Positions 20,827 through 30,762 of a stretch of 64,000 bases of DNA are shown here, in pieces. Each line of letters begins with the position of its first letter. Positions within the stretch are counted from its first letter, which is position 1. The stretch comes from an uncultured Bdellovibrio sp. (lineage in GTDB: Bacteria; Bdellovibrionota; Bdellovibrionia; Bdellovibrionales; Bdellovibrionaceae): contig CAWVRN010000016.1 in NCBI GenBank assembly GCA_963932905.1, forward strand, positions 32,412-96,411, written 5' to 3'. The notes beneath the pieces were generated by a model, which saw only the letters and a list, made by a program, of their open reading frames with translations, searched no databases and was not told the DNA's origin. Both the position numbers and the translations under genes were made by a program.

Positions 20827-21211
20827 TACAACACGGATTTGCCAAAAACGAGTCCTAGTAGAAGCCATTGTTAACTTGCAGCAAATGCTTCCCACGATTA
20901 AAAAAGCTTTCGCATCAGTGACAATTGATAATATCAGGTCCAACGAATTACTTTCAACAGGACACATTTTAGCAACTGACGTTGCGAACAATCTGGTCAC
21001 TGAGGGCATGCCATTCAGAGATGCGTACCGTCTTGTGGCTACAAGAATAGTTGAAGCCAATCAAAAAATGGTCCAGATAGGTAGCGATGTAATTTCTTTT
21101 GAAACAGCGGTAGAGAATCGAAATGATTTTGGTGGCACTTCTAAAAATCGTATTTTAGAATCTATATCAGTTCTTTATCAGCGCCTTACTACTTTGAACA
21201 CCAGTGCCTAA
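20827..21211 (+). pseudogene. argH: 3' fragment of argininosuccinate lyase
   Basis: LATDVANNLVTEGMPFRDAYRLVA and RNDFGGTS match the ArgH C-terminus; YNTDL (ArgH YNxDL) lies upstream in another frame; N-terminal part absent. Confidence 0.75.
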
Positions 21212-21233
21212 GCTAGGCCTTCGCCACTGAACT

Positions 21234-21609
21234 AAACCACTTCTTCTGGGACCAGAAAGCGTTCATAGTTTTACAAACCTTTGTGAACACTAAATTTTTT
21301 CGTCCCAGAATCAATTTTTCAAAAATTCTTAAAATTGTCGATGTCCATTAATGGGACCCTTTTGAAAATCGATCAAGAATAGTTCAAGACGCCCGAGTAT
21401 TGCTAAACTTACGCCATAGAAAAATCCGTGTAGCAAAAGTTGTAGTAATCTGTAGCAAGATTTTGAAATGAGCAGAAATATGGGGAAACATTCTGAACCC
21501 CGAGTCAAATCGGGGACGTCTTCAAACAAGTATTTTCAACTACTAGAAGCATTTAATAATTTTTGATTTTAATTTCAGGGACTTAATTTTTCGAAAAACC
21601 AAATGGCGG
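21234..21609 (+). repeat. ~376-bp direct repeat copy 1 (att-arm-like)
   Basis: Near-identical to 25290-25666; three TGTAG boxes (21429, 21441, 21451); ends in AAATGGCGG. Confidence 0.9.
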
Positions 21610-21788
21610 GCACGAGTAGATGAATTTATAACTGAATGTCTGGATTTTGTCGCATAAAAGAATCTGCTGATCATGAGGTCATGGAGCAGGAGATACTTTC
21701 TAACCAACCGCCCTATATCTTAAAGAAAAAGGCATCTATATTTTCGATGCCTTTTTATCAGTTTCAAATCGGATACACTTTAGTTATT

Positions 21789-22796
21789 CTAATACAAAAC
21801 AACGCTACAGTTAATCATTTGATCTTCCGTTGAAACATTCGGATATGTCGAAGACTGCCATGAAATATAATAACGAGGCGTCTGATACCCTGGAATTCTA
21901 TTCCCCTGATTATCTTTAATAGGTTCCCAAATTTTGTTAAATGAAATAATATCCGCATTTTCAAAACTAGAATTGGTGTATCCTGTTCTCAAGAATTTTT
22001 GACCTATTTTATCTTCCCCACTAACTACCGGAAATGTTTTTGCTTCATTGAAATCAAAGCTCGGATCATTTTCAAAAAAGCCAGAAAACGTTGTCTTGCT
22101 CATTAAGAAATTCCCACCAAGCACAGTAAATTGCACTTTCCAGGCATTGTTTATATCTTGATAGGCATAGAATTGTACGCCTTTTCCAACACAAAATAGC
22201 CGATCGTTAGGAAGACCTTCATTTAAATCTGTCCATTTTGTGTTGGTTGAAAAAAGACTAGCGACGACATGCCGAGATCGCTGAGAATTTGTTGCGCCAA
22301 GCATTCGAGCAACTCGGTAGACGGCTTCATGAAGCATCAATGCTGCTTGATCAGTTTTTGCTAATGCATCCCAGATATCCCCATTTATTAAAATATGTTT
22401 ATCACTAAAGTAGTTAGCTATTTGTTCTGCTTTACAACCGCTTGGAACGGCTACTATCAAAGCGTCGTTTATCGGCTGCAAAGTCACTCCTCGAACAATT
22501 TGCATATTTTGCGATACACCATATGCATAGGCCTCAACTAAACCTCGTGTCTGAGGCGGCATAACATCAAGAGCTTTTCTGACCTGATCATCGACAGAAT
22601 CGCTCGAATATTGAATTGGTAAATTATAAAGAACCGTCCCCTCATACAGGTCCAAGGTCTTGGCCGATGTGATGGCACCCAACTTGTCTCTACAGACAAC
22701 ACCCGTTCCCCCGCCTCCACTAATGGCACCACTTGCAGCGTTAGCTTTCGACAAAGCACCCAAAACTAAAATTAAAGATAAAATATATGTTCTCAC
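21789..22796 (-). CDS. Hypothetical secreted protein (GGGG motif after signal peptide)
   Basis: GTG after AAGGGG; signal peptide ...KANA; SGGGG..VVC..LDLYE; LMLHEAVY. Confidence 0.75.
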   Translation of the reverse strand: MRTYILSLILVLGALSKANAASGAISGGGGTGVVCRDKLGAITSAKTLDLYEGTVLYNLPIQYSSDSVDDQVRKALDVMPPQTRGLVEAYAYGVSQNMQIVRGVTLQPINDALIVAVPSGCKAEQIANYFSDKHILINGDIWDALAKTDQAALMLHEAVYRVARMLGATNSQRSRHVVASLFSTNTKWTDLNEGLPNDRLFCVGKGVQFYAYQDINNAWKVQFTVLGGNFLMSKTTFSGFFENDPSFDFNEAKTFPVVSGEDKIGQKFLRTGYTNSSFENADIISFNKIWEPIKDNQGNRIPGYQTPRYYISWQSSTYPNVSTEDQMINCSVVLY

Positions 22797-22957
22797 TAGT
22801 TTCCCCTTTTTAAATTTACAGAGCACTCATTGCTTCTGACAACTTCAGTTTCGAGCTTAATAAAAAAAAGAATAGATTTAATTTATAAAATTACTATAAT
22901 TAAAGTTAGTAATTTTTAAATTTAATTTTAAGTTAACTAAAAGTTTCGAGAGGTTAT

Positions 22958-23776
22958 GTGATTTTTAATTTTACAGATTATCGCTTGTTTCTTCTTGATT
23001 ACTTCGGGGACAAAAGTAGAAGAAAAGGATTAAAGTCCAGTGCCGCGAAGTTCTTAGGCTGTCATACAACTCTGATTTCACAAGTTCTACATGGTCAACT
23101 TATACTGAATCTTGAGCAGGCAGATAGGTTGAATCAATTTATAGGACACAACGAAGACGAGTCCCATTACTTTATGTTGTTAGTGCAGAAAGCGAGGGCA
23201 GGAACTAAATCCTTAGAAAAATATTTTAGCGAACAAATTGATCAAATTTTAAAATTGCGAAAAGTTTTGAAAAAAAGAGTGGGAAAAGTTGATTCAATAG
23301 CTACTGAAGATGAATTACGTTACTACAGCGCCTGGCAATTTTCTGCCATTCATGTATGCCTTTCAATTCCAGAGTATAATAATCCAGAGACAATATCAAA
23401 AGCACTCAATATCCCTTTAGCTAACGTACGTGCAATGTTGGAGTTTTTGGTGAGGATCGGTCTTGCTAACGTAAAGGATAGAGTTTATTCAATTAGTTCA
23501 AAACATATCCATTTGGGGACTGACTCGCCTCAAATTAGAAACCATCACACAAATTGGCGCGTAAAATCCATACAGTCGTTAGATCAAAACTTAAAAAACA
23601 ATCTTCACTATTCTTCCGCAGTGACGTTATCACGGGAAGACGTCGACACCATCAAAGAACTTCTCATTCAAAACCTGAAATCAATTAATAAGGTTATTCA
23701 AGTATCTAAAGAGGAAGAAATCTATTGCTTAAATTTCGATTTTTTTAATCTTGCAGCTCCATCTGAAAAACAGTGA
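22958..23776 (+). CDS. TIGR02147/DUF4423-like putative regulator
   Basis: IFNFTDYRLFL, N-terminal HTH, YYSAWQFSAIH, HHTNWR, IYCLNFDFF patterns of this family. Confidence 0.8.
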   Translation: MIFNFTDYRLFLLDYFGDKSRRKGLKSSAAKFLGCHTTLISQVLHGQLILNLEQADRLNQFIGHNEDESHYFMLLVQKARAGTKSLEKYFSEQIDQILKLRKVLKKRVGKVDSIATEDELRYYSAWQFSAIHVCLSIPEYNNPETISKALNIPLANVRAMLEFLVRIGLANVKDRVYSISSKHIHLGTDSPQIRNHHTNWRVKSIQSLDQNLKNNLHYSSAVTLSREDVDTIKELLIQNLKSINKVIQVSKEEEIYCLNFDFFNLAAPSEKQ

Positions 23777-23845
23777 GCACTTATCCGAGTTCTAAGCGTC
23801 TCGCTTTCCCGTTTTGCAAGTAGCTGTTTTGATTGAAGAAAAACT

Positions 23846-23859
23846 TGGCGGAGAGGGAG
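23846..23859 (-). other. att-core-like remnant resembling a tRNA-Ser 3' end
   Basis: Minus strand CTCCCTCTCCGCCA resembles a tRNA-Ser acceptor end; TGTAG boxes follow at 23933 and 23943. Confidence 0.55.
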
Positions 23860-24511
23860 AATTCACTTTATCAAGTTTTTAACTCGTTGAAAGTCTTCAG
23901 CATTTCTTACCCGCATAACTAAATAACTAATCTGTAGTAAGTTGTAGCGAGAAACTGTTTATTGGGGTGATGGCAAAGTCTGCGCGCCTGTTTCATAGCT
24001 ATTGCTGAATGTTGTAAGCGCACTGATAACGACATACTCAGTCGGGTTGTCGTCCCTGGAGTTTGGACAACGCAAGTTGTTGAATACATCGAAAAATTTG
24101 AAACTGCGATCTGGTCAATAAAGCTACGGCGTCCCCAGCAAGTCCCACGGTAAATCCCTAGAATGTCCCCTGTGTTTCCCCGCGATTTCTGAGGCTCGGG
24201 CGGCACCCTTCCTGACCGCTAGGTCACAACTCTGTTTTTCGCCTCATTTAAGGGGACCACCTATTTTCTAAAGGTCACTGTAGGGCTGCGCTCATTGCAA
24301 GGGGCGGCGTCTTCAACGCTGTATTAAAAGGTTTATGGTTTTCTGAAGGGCTGGATGAAAAATAGCATTGGCTTGTTGAGCATTGTGTTTCAACTTGTGT
24401 CGTCAAATATTTAAACGGCTTCTGCTAATTTTTGTCTAACGGTGGAGATATTCTATTGTGGAGGCCGTTAGTTTAATTTGGGCGGGTATTTAAACTGCAC
24501 TAAAATTTCTT

Positions 24512-25210
24512 ATGAAGCGGCTTACTATTGAATTTTTATTTGTTTTTCTTTGGGCAGTAACAGGAGCCGCTATTGAAGGTAATGTCTGCAGGAAATTCTA
24601 TGAAAATTCAAATAAAGTAACGGAAACTAATGGATTCAAGATATTTACCTCGAGATTTGAACTTCGTCCCTTAGATAAAGATGATTTTGCGGCTGCGACT
24701 AAATTAATATTTGACCCTTCCGTCGGTGATATGAGCGGGGATTTTCAAATATATAAAAAATTTAATATAGGTCGTCTAAACTACGCTAAATATATGGCTC
24801 GAATTGAGTTTTATGCGAGAAGTAGACTAACTTTTCAAGGTCTTAAACAAAAAAGCACTGGAAAAAATATAAATTTATCTTTTGGAATTTTTGAGAAGGG
24901 CAAACTTATAGGAATGTGTGGTCTTTTTAGTGGTGCACAGGGCGCTTCTACGCTCGAAATTGAAAATAAAAAAATATTTTCAATTTCATATCATTTATTT
25001 CCTCACGTTTGGGGAAAAGGCATCGCATCTGAGGTTGGTTTAAGGCTAATTGATTATGCTTTTAGAAATATGGATGCTGATTTAGTACATGGTCAGGCGT
25101 TAAAATCGAACATTGGGTCAAATAGAGTTCTTGAAAAGATTGGTTTGGTACCATTTTCCCAAAATGACCCACTTTACAACCATTTTATCATAGAGCGACC
25201 TTTTCAGTAG
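24512..25210 (+). CDS. GNAT (RimJ/RimL-like) acetyltransferase with signal peptide
   Basis: TSRFELRP, WGKGIASE, NIGSNRVLEKIG; N-terminal signal. Confidence 0.85.
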   Translation: MKRLTIEFLFVFLWAVTGAAIEGNVCRKFYENSNKVTETNGFKIFTSRFELRPLDKDDFAAATKLIFDPSVGDMSGDFQIYKKFNIGRLNYAKYMARIEFYARSRLTFQGLKQKSTGKNINLSFGIFEKGKLIGMCGLFSGAQGASTLEIENKKIFSISYHLFPHVWGKGIASEVGLRLIDYAFRNMDADLVHGQALKSNIGSNRVLEKIGLVPFSQNDPLYNHFIIERPFQ

Positions 25211-25289
25211 AAAACAAAAGTCTTATTAGGTTGTTTTATTATCCCCCTGCTCAATTTTTTTGAGCCTTTTCGGCTATTGACCTAATTCA

Positions 25290-25666
25290 AAACCCCTTCT
25301 TCTGGGACCAAAAAGCGTTCATAGTTTTACAAACCTTTGTGAACACTAAATTTTTTCGTCCCAGAATCAATTTTCCAAAAATTCTTAAAATTTTAGATGT
25401 CCATTAACGGGGACGCTTTTGAAAATCGAACAAGAATAGTTCAAGACGACCGAGTATTGCTAAATTTACGCCATAGAAAAATCCGTGTAGCAAAAGTTGT
25501 AGTAGTCTGTAGCAAGATTTTGAAATGAGCAGAAATACCCGGAAACATTCTGAACCCCGGGTCAAACCGGGGACGTCTTCAAACAAGTATTTTCAACTAC
25601 TTGAAGCATTTAATAGTTTTTGATTTTAATTTCAGGGACTTAATTTTTTGAAAAAATAAATGGCGG
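25290..25666 (+). repeat. ~377-bp direct repeat copy 2 (att-arm-like), next to the integrase
   Basis: Near-identical to 21234-21609; TGTAG boxes at 25486, 25498, 25508; ends AAATGGCGG. Confidence 0.9.
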
Positions 25667-25746
25667 ATTCGTCGCAAAATGACTTGTTTCAACTACTTAA
25701 CGAATCCGCCATGCTATTATAGCACAAACTTCTTTCTTCATTACTT

Positions 25747-26967
25747 CTAGCGCGAGCCGAACATACTGACCACATTCGCAGGGAGTTCCATCGGGCGCTC
25801 AATCGCTTTCGCTTTAAAGCTAAGCTTCTCTGTCGCTCCCGCTTCCTCGATACCAGCCATGCGGATGTAAATCTGCATCGTCTCAAGATCCTGCCAGCCA
25901 CCGATCTTCATGACCGTTGTCGCAGGAACCCCGGCTTGAATTAAGTGCGTCGCAAAACAAGCTCTGAGCGTGTGGAACTTAATAGATTTAAGTCCCTCGT
26001 TCACACAGAAGGCTCGAAGAACCTTCGCTTGCATGCCTCGTCTCAACTCATGGAAGTCCTGAAACACAAGAGTCCCTTGCTCGTCCTTGCCCCAACTCAT
26101 TGACGGCAAATAACTTTGTAGGAACCAGTAAAGTTCACTAGAAACAGGAACCGTGCGCCAGTAACCGGCCTTCGTTTCCCCAAATTTCTTTGTGCTCTGG
26201 CTCCATGCACGGTGAACTCTAATAAGTCCGTAACTCTTTTTTGAATCATCAGACTTATCGAGAGCCAAGGCTATTTCCCTAGAAACAAGGTCGATGTCTT
26301 CTAACCGAAGGCCTCGCAGTTCTCCTGCGCGCATTCCAGTATAAAGACCAACCTTCCATATAGGGTGCCAAGGGTGCTCTTTTTGTTCCGACCGTTCTAG
26401 CAGCAGAATAACTTCATCCCTCGTCAAGATCTCGGGGATGGTGCAAGCTGGCTTTCGCTCAAGCTCCACCGCGTGAACAGGGCTCTTGTCTTTCCCGACA
26501 ATGTGCCCGTGTTCCATGCCCCATGTGTAAATCACATTGATTGCGATCTTGATCTGATATTGAAGAAGGATACTTGCTTCTTCTGCTTTTGCTAAAGTGA
26601 AGATCTCTGCGCCATCAGCAAACCCAAGCTTCGATGCGGGCTTCTTCAGCCAAGACTTTGTCCAGTTATTGGCTCTCGCCACATAATCTCGAACCGTCGC
26701 AGGCTTGAGCTTCCGTGAAGGGAAGAGTGTGTAGTAGCGTTCCCACTTGTCCACAACTTCACCCCAGGTCGCGCCCTCGTTTTCACGTCTCGCAACTTTG
26801 ATGCAAGCTTGCTGATATTCGCGCTTATAGATTTTTTCCGCTTCCTCTTTAGAGGCAAGATCAATCTCTCGTTTCTGTTCGCGAATCTTGCGATTCTTGC
26901 TCGAAACGACATTGACGTATGCTTGCCACAATATTTTTCCATCTTCTTCGTAACTGGTTACACCCAT
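25747..26967 (-). CDS. int: Tyrosine recombinase/integrase
   Basis: TGMRAGEL, K (ETKAG), [16 protein letters not shown] catalytic residues. Confidence 0.93.
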   Translation of the reverse strand: MGVTSYEEDGKILWQAYVNVVSSKNRKIREQKREIDLASKEEAEKIYKREYQQACIKVARRENEGATWGEVVDKWERYYTLFPSRKLKPATVRDYVARANNWTKSWLKKPASKLGFADGAEIFTLAKAEEASILLQYQIKIAINVIYTWGMEHGHIVGKDKSPVHAVELERKPACTIPEILTRDEVILLLERSEQKEHPWHPIWKVGLYTGMRAGELRGLRLEDIDLVSREIALALDKSDDSKKSYGLIRVHRAWSQSTKKFGETKAGYWRTVPVSSELYWFLQSYLPSMSWGKDEQGTLVFQDFHELRRGMQAKVLRAFCVNEGLKSIKFHTLRACFATHLIQAGVPATTVMKIGGWQDLETMQIYIRMAGIEEAGATEKLSFKAKAIERPMELPANVVSMFGSR

Positions 26968-26993
26968 CTTAATTCTCCTTTATTTCTATTTTT

Positions 26994-27248
26994 TTAGATT
27001 AGAGAGAGTTCAAGTAGGCGATCCAGTTCGACCTTCTTAAAGAAGAGTCTTCGACCCCATTTGCGAGCTTTCAAAAGTCCTCGCCAAACGGCAGTACGAA
27101 TTGCTCCATCAGAGGGTTGTCCATCCTTGCGAATTTTTCGCAAGTACACAGCAGCGTCTTTCGTAGATAACCAAGTCAAATTGTCAAAGAACGGCTTATT
27201 TGATTCTTCGCTTTCCGGCTTAGAATCTTTCAAATTATTACTGTCCAT
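26994..27248 (-). CDS. Excisionase-like HTH protein
   Basis: WLSTKDAAVYL...GLLKARKWGRRLFFKKVELDRLL; directly upstream of int. Confidence 0.8.
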   Translation of the reverse strand: MDSNNLKDSKPESEESNKPFFDNLTWLSTKDAAVYLRKIRKDGQPSDGAIRTAVWRGLLKARKWGRRLFFKKVELDRLLELSLI

Positions 27249-27331
27249 AAACTACTTTCTCCTTTGAGAAATATCAAGAAAATTCATTAAAAATAGAGCG
27301 TGCTTTCAAAGAGAAAAATGCGTCATTTCCC

Positions 27332-27691
27332 CTATGAAACTGCTGCATTTCCTTGAGCCAATTTGTTGCTTTCTGATTTCAACAGATGCGCCAAATAAGC
27401 GTCCATTGTGATCTGTCCGAACTTCGAACAATGCGCACGATAGCTTTGCTCCATTCGATCACGTCCCGTAAGACTGGCCTCCTGTAGTTCGGTCAGGTCC
27501 TGCGCCGTGAGCTTCGGAAGAAGCTTCAGCAAAAGCGCGTCGAGTTTGACGCGTTTGCCGAATTGCTTCTTGTTGATTTTGGCGAGTTCTGAAAGCAGGC
27601 GCTTTCGTGTTTCAAGCGAAACGCGAATCGCCGCTGAATTTGATTTTTTGGTAGCGGGCTTTGCTGCTTTTTTTGCTTCTGAAGTTTCCAT
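27332..27691 (-). CDS. Small basic hypothetical (probable DNA-binding) ICE protein
   Basis: AIRVSLETRKRL (ribbon-helix-helix-like); GGGG RBS. Confidence 0.6.
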   Translation of the reverse strand: METSEAKKAAKPATKKSNSAAIRVSLETRKRLLSELAKINKKQFGKRVKLDALLLKLLPKLTAQDLTELQEASLTGRDRMEQSYRAHCSKFGQITMDAYLAHLLKSESNKLAQGNAAVS

Positions 27692-27784
27692 AAGGCTTCC
27701 CCTTTGTGAAACCTCGTCCGCCTGAGTGTGGTGGGAAGAGGATTAAATTTAGATACAGACCGCGCTTAGGCGTAGGTCATTTTC

Positions 27785-29632
27785 TTACATACCGATGTCA
27801 GGGCCTCGGCCTCGATCATGGCTCAGATCACTCATGGAGAGTTCTTTCACCAGAATATCGAATGGGTTAAAACGCTCCTTCATTTTGTCGGCAAAACTCC
27901 GTTCTTGTTTTAACTCTTTATGACTTTGAGTTGGCATGACATGCACTTCTTGAATGTGCGGATTCAAAGCCAGAACCTCCGTCAGTTTTCTTTCCGAACC
28001 TTCATCAAACATTACAAAAATATTTGAGCTTTTTGAGTGAGACGCTTTGCCACTGCCACTCAAAATTAGAAACTCAAAAGGATCAGAGTGAAAGCTCATT
28101 TTCTTTGAGCTGGTGAGACTCTCGAAAAATGAAGCTGATGGCTTCCCATGACGTTTTTGTTTCCATTCGCCGCTTGGCTCTTGTTTGAACTCAATCGCGG
28201 ATTCGTTCTTTTCCCCCATAAGCCAAACACTTCGATTCTCGCCGACATGTACGTTCTTGTTCTTAAGAACTGACGCCGCGTGGGATTCACTGAAGCCACG
28301 AGAACGCAAAAGACTTTGCATTGTTTTTTGCGCAACTTCAGGCAAAGCAGATTTTGGTTTTGGGAAATAAAATGACTGAACCCCTTTCTGATACGATCCC
28401 ATGTAATTTTCTAACAGCAGCAGCTTTTGGTTCTTATTGATGATCGCAAGTGCGCCAAGTTCATTTGTTTCTTTATGCGCTTTTACGAAATCAATAATTG
28501 TTCCCTGACGCCCACTTTTGCTATTAGTCCAAGATTTGTCCTCGACGATAACAAACTCCAAACCGCGCAAAACCGTTTGCCCCTTGGCATTGGTTTTAAG
28601 TTGAATTTTGTTCGCTTCGCAGTAGCCAAAAATGCTCTGCTCATTGGCCCGTTTCATTTCATGGTAAAGAACCCCGCCGCTACTATCAAAAATTGCAGGC
28701 AACACATCCCGAGCACTGTTGCGATCAATTTTTGTGAACTTGCTGTAATCCTTTTTTCCGAGTCCTGAATAGCTTGCTGATTCAGGTAGTAGATGGCTTT
28801 GAGTTCCCACAAAATTTCCTTTTCCGTCAAAGGCTGCTCCAAGATCGGAAAGGGTTCGCTCTCTAAGTCCTGGACTCTTTGCATATCTGTCATCATTCTC
28901 CTTAAACGCTTTCATCAAGCCGTCTTTATCAAATTTATCTCCAAGGCGTTTCCCACGAACTGCTTTTGCGTCGCTACCATAGAGGTAGCTGATGTTCTTT
29001 TCCTCAACCCGAACATGCACACCACGGAATTTCAAAATTCCCACGTACTCGTCAAAACTTGTGCTCGCGGCTCTTGCAAAATCTGCTTTTTGCCGCATAT
29101 CAAAGAACCAAGTCTTTTTCCCATGTGCTGCCATATCCTGAGCTTTGTAGGGAACAAGAGACTTCTCTTTTTTGTCTCGTTTCTCGATGACGCTGAAACC
29201 ATTCTCTCGAGCAATTGCATTGTTTGCCTCGTGAAGCTTGGTCAATTCTGACCTCTTATTTACGAGCAACATTTTGGTGTCACGGTTCACGGACGAAATC
29301 ACAATATGGTTATGGATATGATTTTTCTCCGTGTGAGTTACAACCCAAGCAGAGTGACCAGGAGCGATTCGCTTCGCAAGCTCCAATCCCATCTCGTTGT
29401 ACTTTTCCGGCGGAAAGAGATCGCTCTCTTTCGCGGGCCAAGATTGGATAATAGTGAGTGCTAAGTTCTTCGCTTCTTTTTTTCGTCCCTCGTGTTCATC
29501 TCGAATTTGCTTTGCCATGTTTTCCGCAAGGCCATTCGAAGCACTTCGTACCGACTCAGAGTCACGATCCTTGTCCAAATACTTTTCAAGCGCTTCGGGA
29601 GCTTTCACCCAGCTTTGTTTAACGATTGGCAT
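27785..29632 (-). CDS. MOB-P-like relaxase
   Basis: N-terminal Tyr (EKYL), IIQSW, HTEKNHIHNHIVIS HUH motif, AVRGKRLG; follows mobC. Confidence 0.88.
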   Translation of the reverse strand: MPIVKQSWVKAPEALEKYLDKDRDSESVRSASNGLAENMAKQIRDEHEGRKKEAKNLALTIIQSWPAKESDLFPPEKYNEMGLELAKRIAPGHSAWVVTHTEKNHIHNHIVISSVNRDTKMLLVNKRSELTKLHEANNAIARENGFSVIEKRDKKEKSLVPYKAQDMAAHGKKTWFFDMRQKADFARAASTSFDEYVGILKFRGVHVRVEEKNISYLYGSDAKAVRGKRLGDKFDKDGLMKAFKENDDRYAKSPGLRERTLSDLGAAFDGKGNFVGTQSHLLPESASYSGLGKKDYSKFTKIDRNSARDVLPAIFDSSGGVLYHEMKRANEQSIFGYCEANKIQLKTNAKGQTVLRGLEFVIVEDKSWTNSKSGRQGTIIDFVKAHKETNELGALAIINKNQKLLLLENYMGSYQKGVQSFYFPKPKSALPEVAQKTMQSLLRSRGFSESHAASVLKNKNVHVGENRSVWLMGEKNESAIEFKQEPSGEWKQKRHGKPSASFFESLTSSKKMSFHSDPFEFLILSGSGKASHSKSSNIFVMFDEGSERKLTEVLALNPHIQEVHVMPTQSHKELKQERSFADKMKERFNPFDILVKELSMSDLSHDRGRGPDIGM

Positions 29633-29972
29633 AGTTCACAGTGAGCATTTGACTCAATTTCATATAGTTAACATTGATCGCCGAAAGTGCCTGACTCCAT
29701 CCGGTCATGAGGCCGGTGTTAATTTTTTTTGCGATCTGATTAATGTTATTACCCTGACGCTTGAGTTCAGTTTCAAAACTCTTTGCTTGCTCAGGCGTGA
29801 GGAGTGGGCGCTCAAGGTCCATTCGACAAAAGAGCGCACGTCGAAAAAGTTCTGGGCCAGACATTCCGGTCGCTGCGATCATTTTCTTAATTCGACTTTG
29901 CTCGTTAGCATCAACTCGGACGCAGAATGCGGTTCCTACTTCTGATTCGATTTCTAAATTTAGTTGTTCCAT
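29619..29972 (-). CDS. mobC: MobC relaxosome accessory protein
   Basis: RHH N-terminus; ELKRQGNNINQIAKKIN signature. Confidence 0.88.
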   Translation of the reverse strand: MEQLNLEIESEVGTAFCVRVDANEQSRIKKMIAATGMSGPELFRRALFCRMDLERPLLTPEQAKSFETELKRQGNNINQIAKKINTGLMTGWSQALSAINVNYMKLSQMLTVNYANR

Positions 29973-30078
29973 TTTTACCCCTATGAGTTAGCTGATAAAA
30001 GTCCTCGGGGTGTCGTGGGACTTTTTATTTTTGACACATGCCTCGGCATTTATGCCGATAGGACTAATTTAAAGACGC

Positions 30079-30261
30079 TCATGGCTTGAAAGCTGCGATG
30101 ATGGCTTTGAAAATTGTTGTGAGCCATCCTTTTACTTCTTCGTGATCGACTTCCGTTTCTGCTGCTGCTTTTGCAGCCTCCTTGACTGTCGCACTCAGTT
30201 CGCCAACTGCTTGCACAACCTGCTCACCTGGATCAATCGTTAGCTCTTTCATCTTTCCCAT
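30079..30261 (-). CDS. Small hypothetical protein
   Basis: AGGAGG RBS; 60 aa, amphipathic C-terminus. Confidence 0.55.
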   Translation of the reverse strand: MGKMKELTIDPGEQVVQAVGELSATVKEAAKAAAETEVDHEEVKGWLTTIFKAIIAAFKP

Positions 30262-30598
30262 TTTTTGCCTCCTGTTTGGTTGGGTTCATTATTTTGGTCG
30301 TTACAACTTTATTTGCGTTCAAGATCTCATCGAGACTCATCAAGAGATGTGCCTCTGCTTTCTTTAAAAGTTCGTTTTGTTCAATGACTTGTCGCAAACT
30401 TTCTTCTGAACGCTCCACTTTTATTTTTTCGATGAGTTCATTTTCTTTCGCTAAAACCGCATGGATTGAACTATCCCTGTGAGGAGAGCTTGCGCATCCG
30501 GTAAGAAAAATTTGAAGAGTAAGAGCAAGCATTAGGATTATGAGCGGGAGTTGGATTAATAATTTGCGTGTGCTGTTACTAAATTTTGGTTTGTTCAT
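30233..30598 (-). CDS. Small lipoprotein (candidate entry-exclusion protein)
   Basis: Start at ATG 30598 after AAGG; TM + lipobox LTGC; downstream of traG. Confidence 0.6.
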   Translation of the reverse strand: MNKPKFSNSTRKLLIQLPLIILMLALTLQIFLTGCASSPHRDSSIHAVLAKENELIEKIKVERSEESLRQVIEQNELLKKAEAHLLMSLDEILNANKVVTTKIMNPTKQEAKNGKDERAND

Positions 30599-30655
30599 GT
30601 TTTTTCCTTTGTTTGTTTCATTTTTTAGTTTGGATCTTTTGAGTATTTTGGTTCG

Positions 30656-30760
30656 TGGCAAGATAGGGGTGTGATATCTCCCTCCCCAAAAATGTGGTTG
30701 CTTTGCCCCCACACCCCCAAGGCCGAGACTGTTGGTCTCGGCCATAAATGCAAGACAGGA
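30656..30760 (-). other. Putative oriT
   Basis: CACACCCCTATCTTGCCA resembles the RP4 nic region (CACCTATCCTG^CC); adjacent hairpin GGCCGAGAC-N5-GTCTCGGCC. Confidence 0.6.
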
Positions 30761-30762
30761 AC

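Noticed and set aside
23846..23930. Full tRNA gene
   Set aside because: Only ~14 nt of an acceptor-end-like sequence; no T-loop or cloverleaf.
21329..25586. Near-identical ORFs 21329-21529 and 25404-25586
   Set aside because: Both lie inside the 376-bp repeat, have no RBS or recognisable domain and differ in stop position; similarity reflects the DNA repeat.
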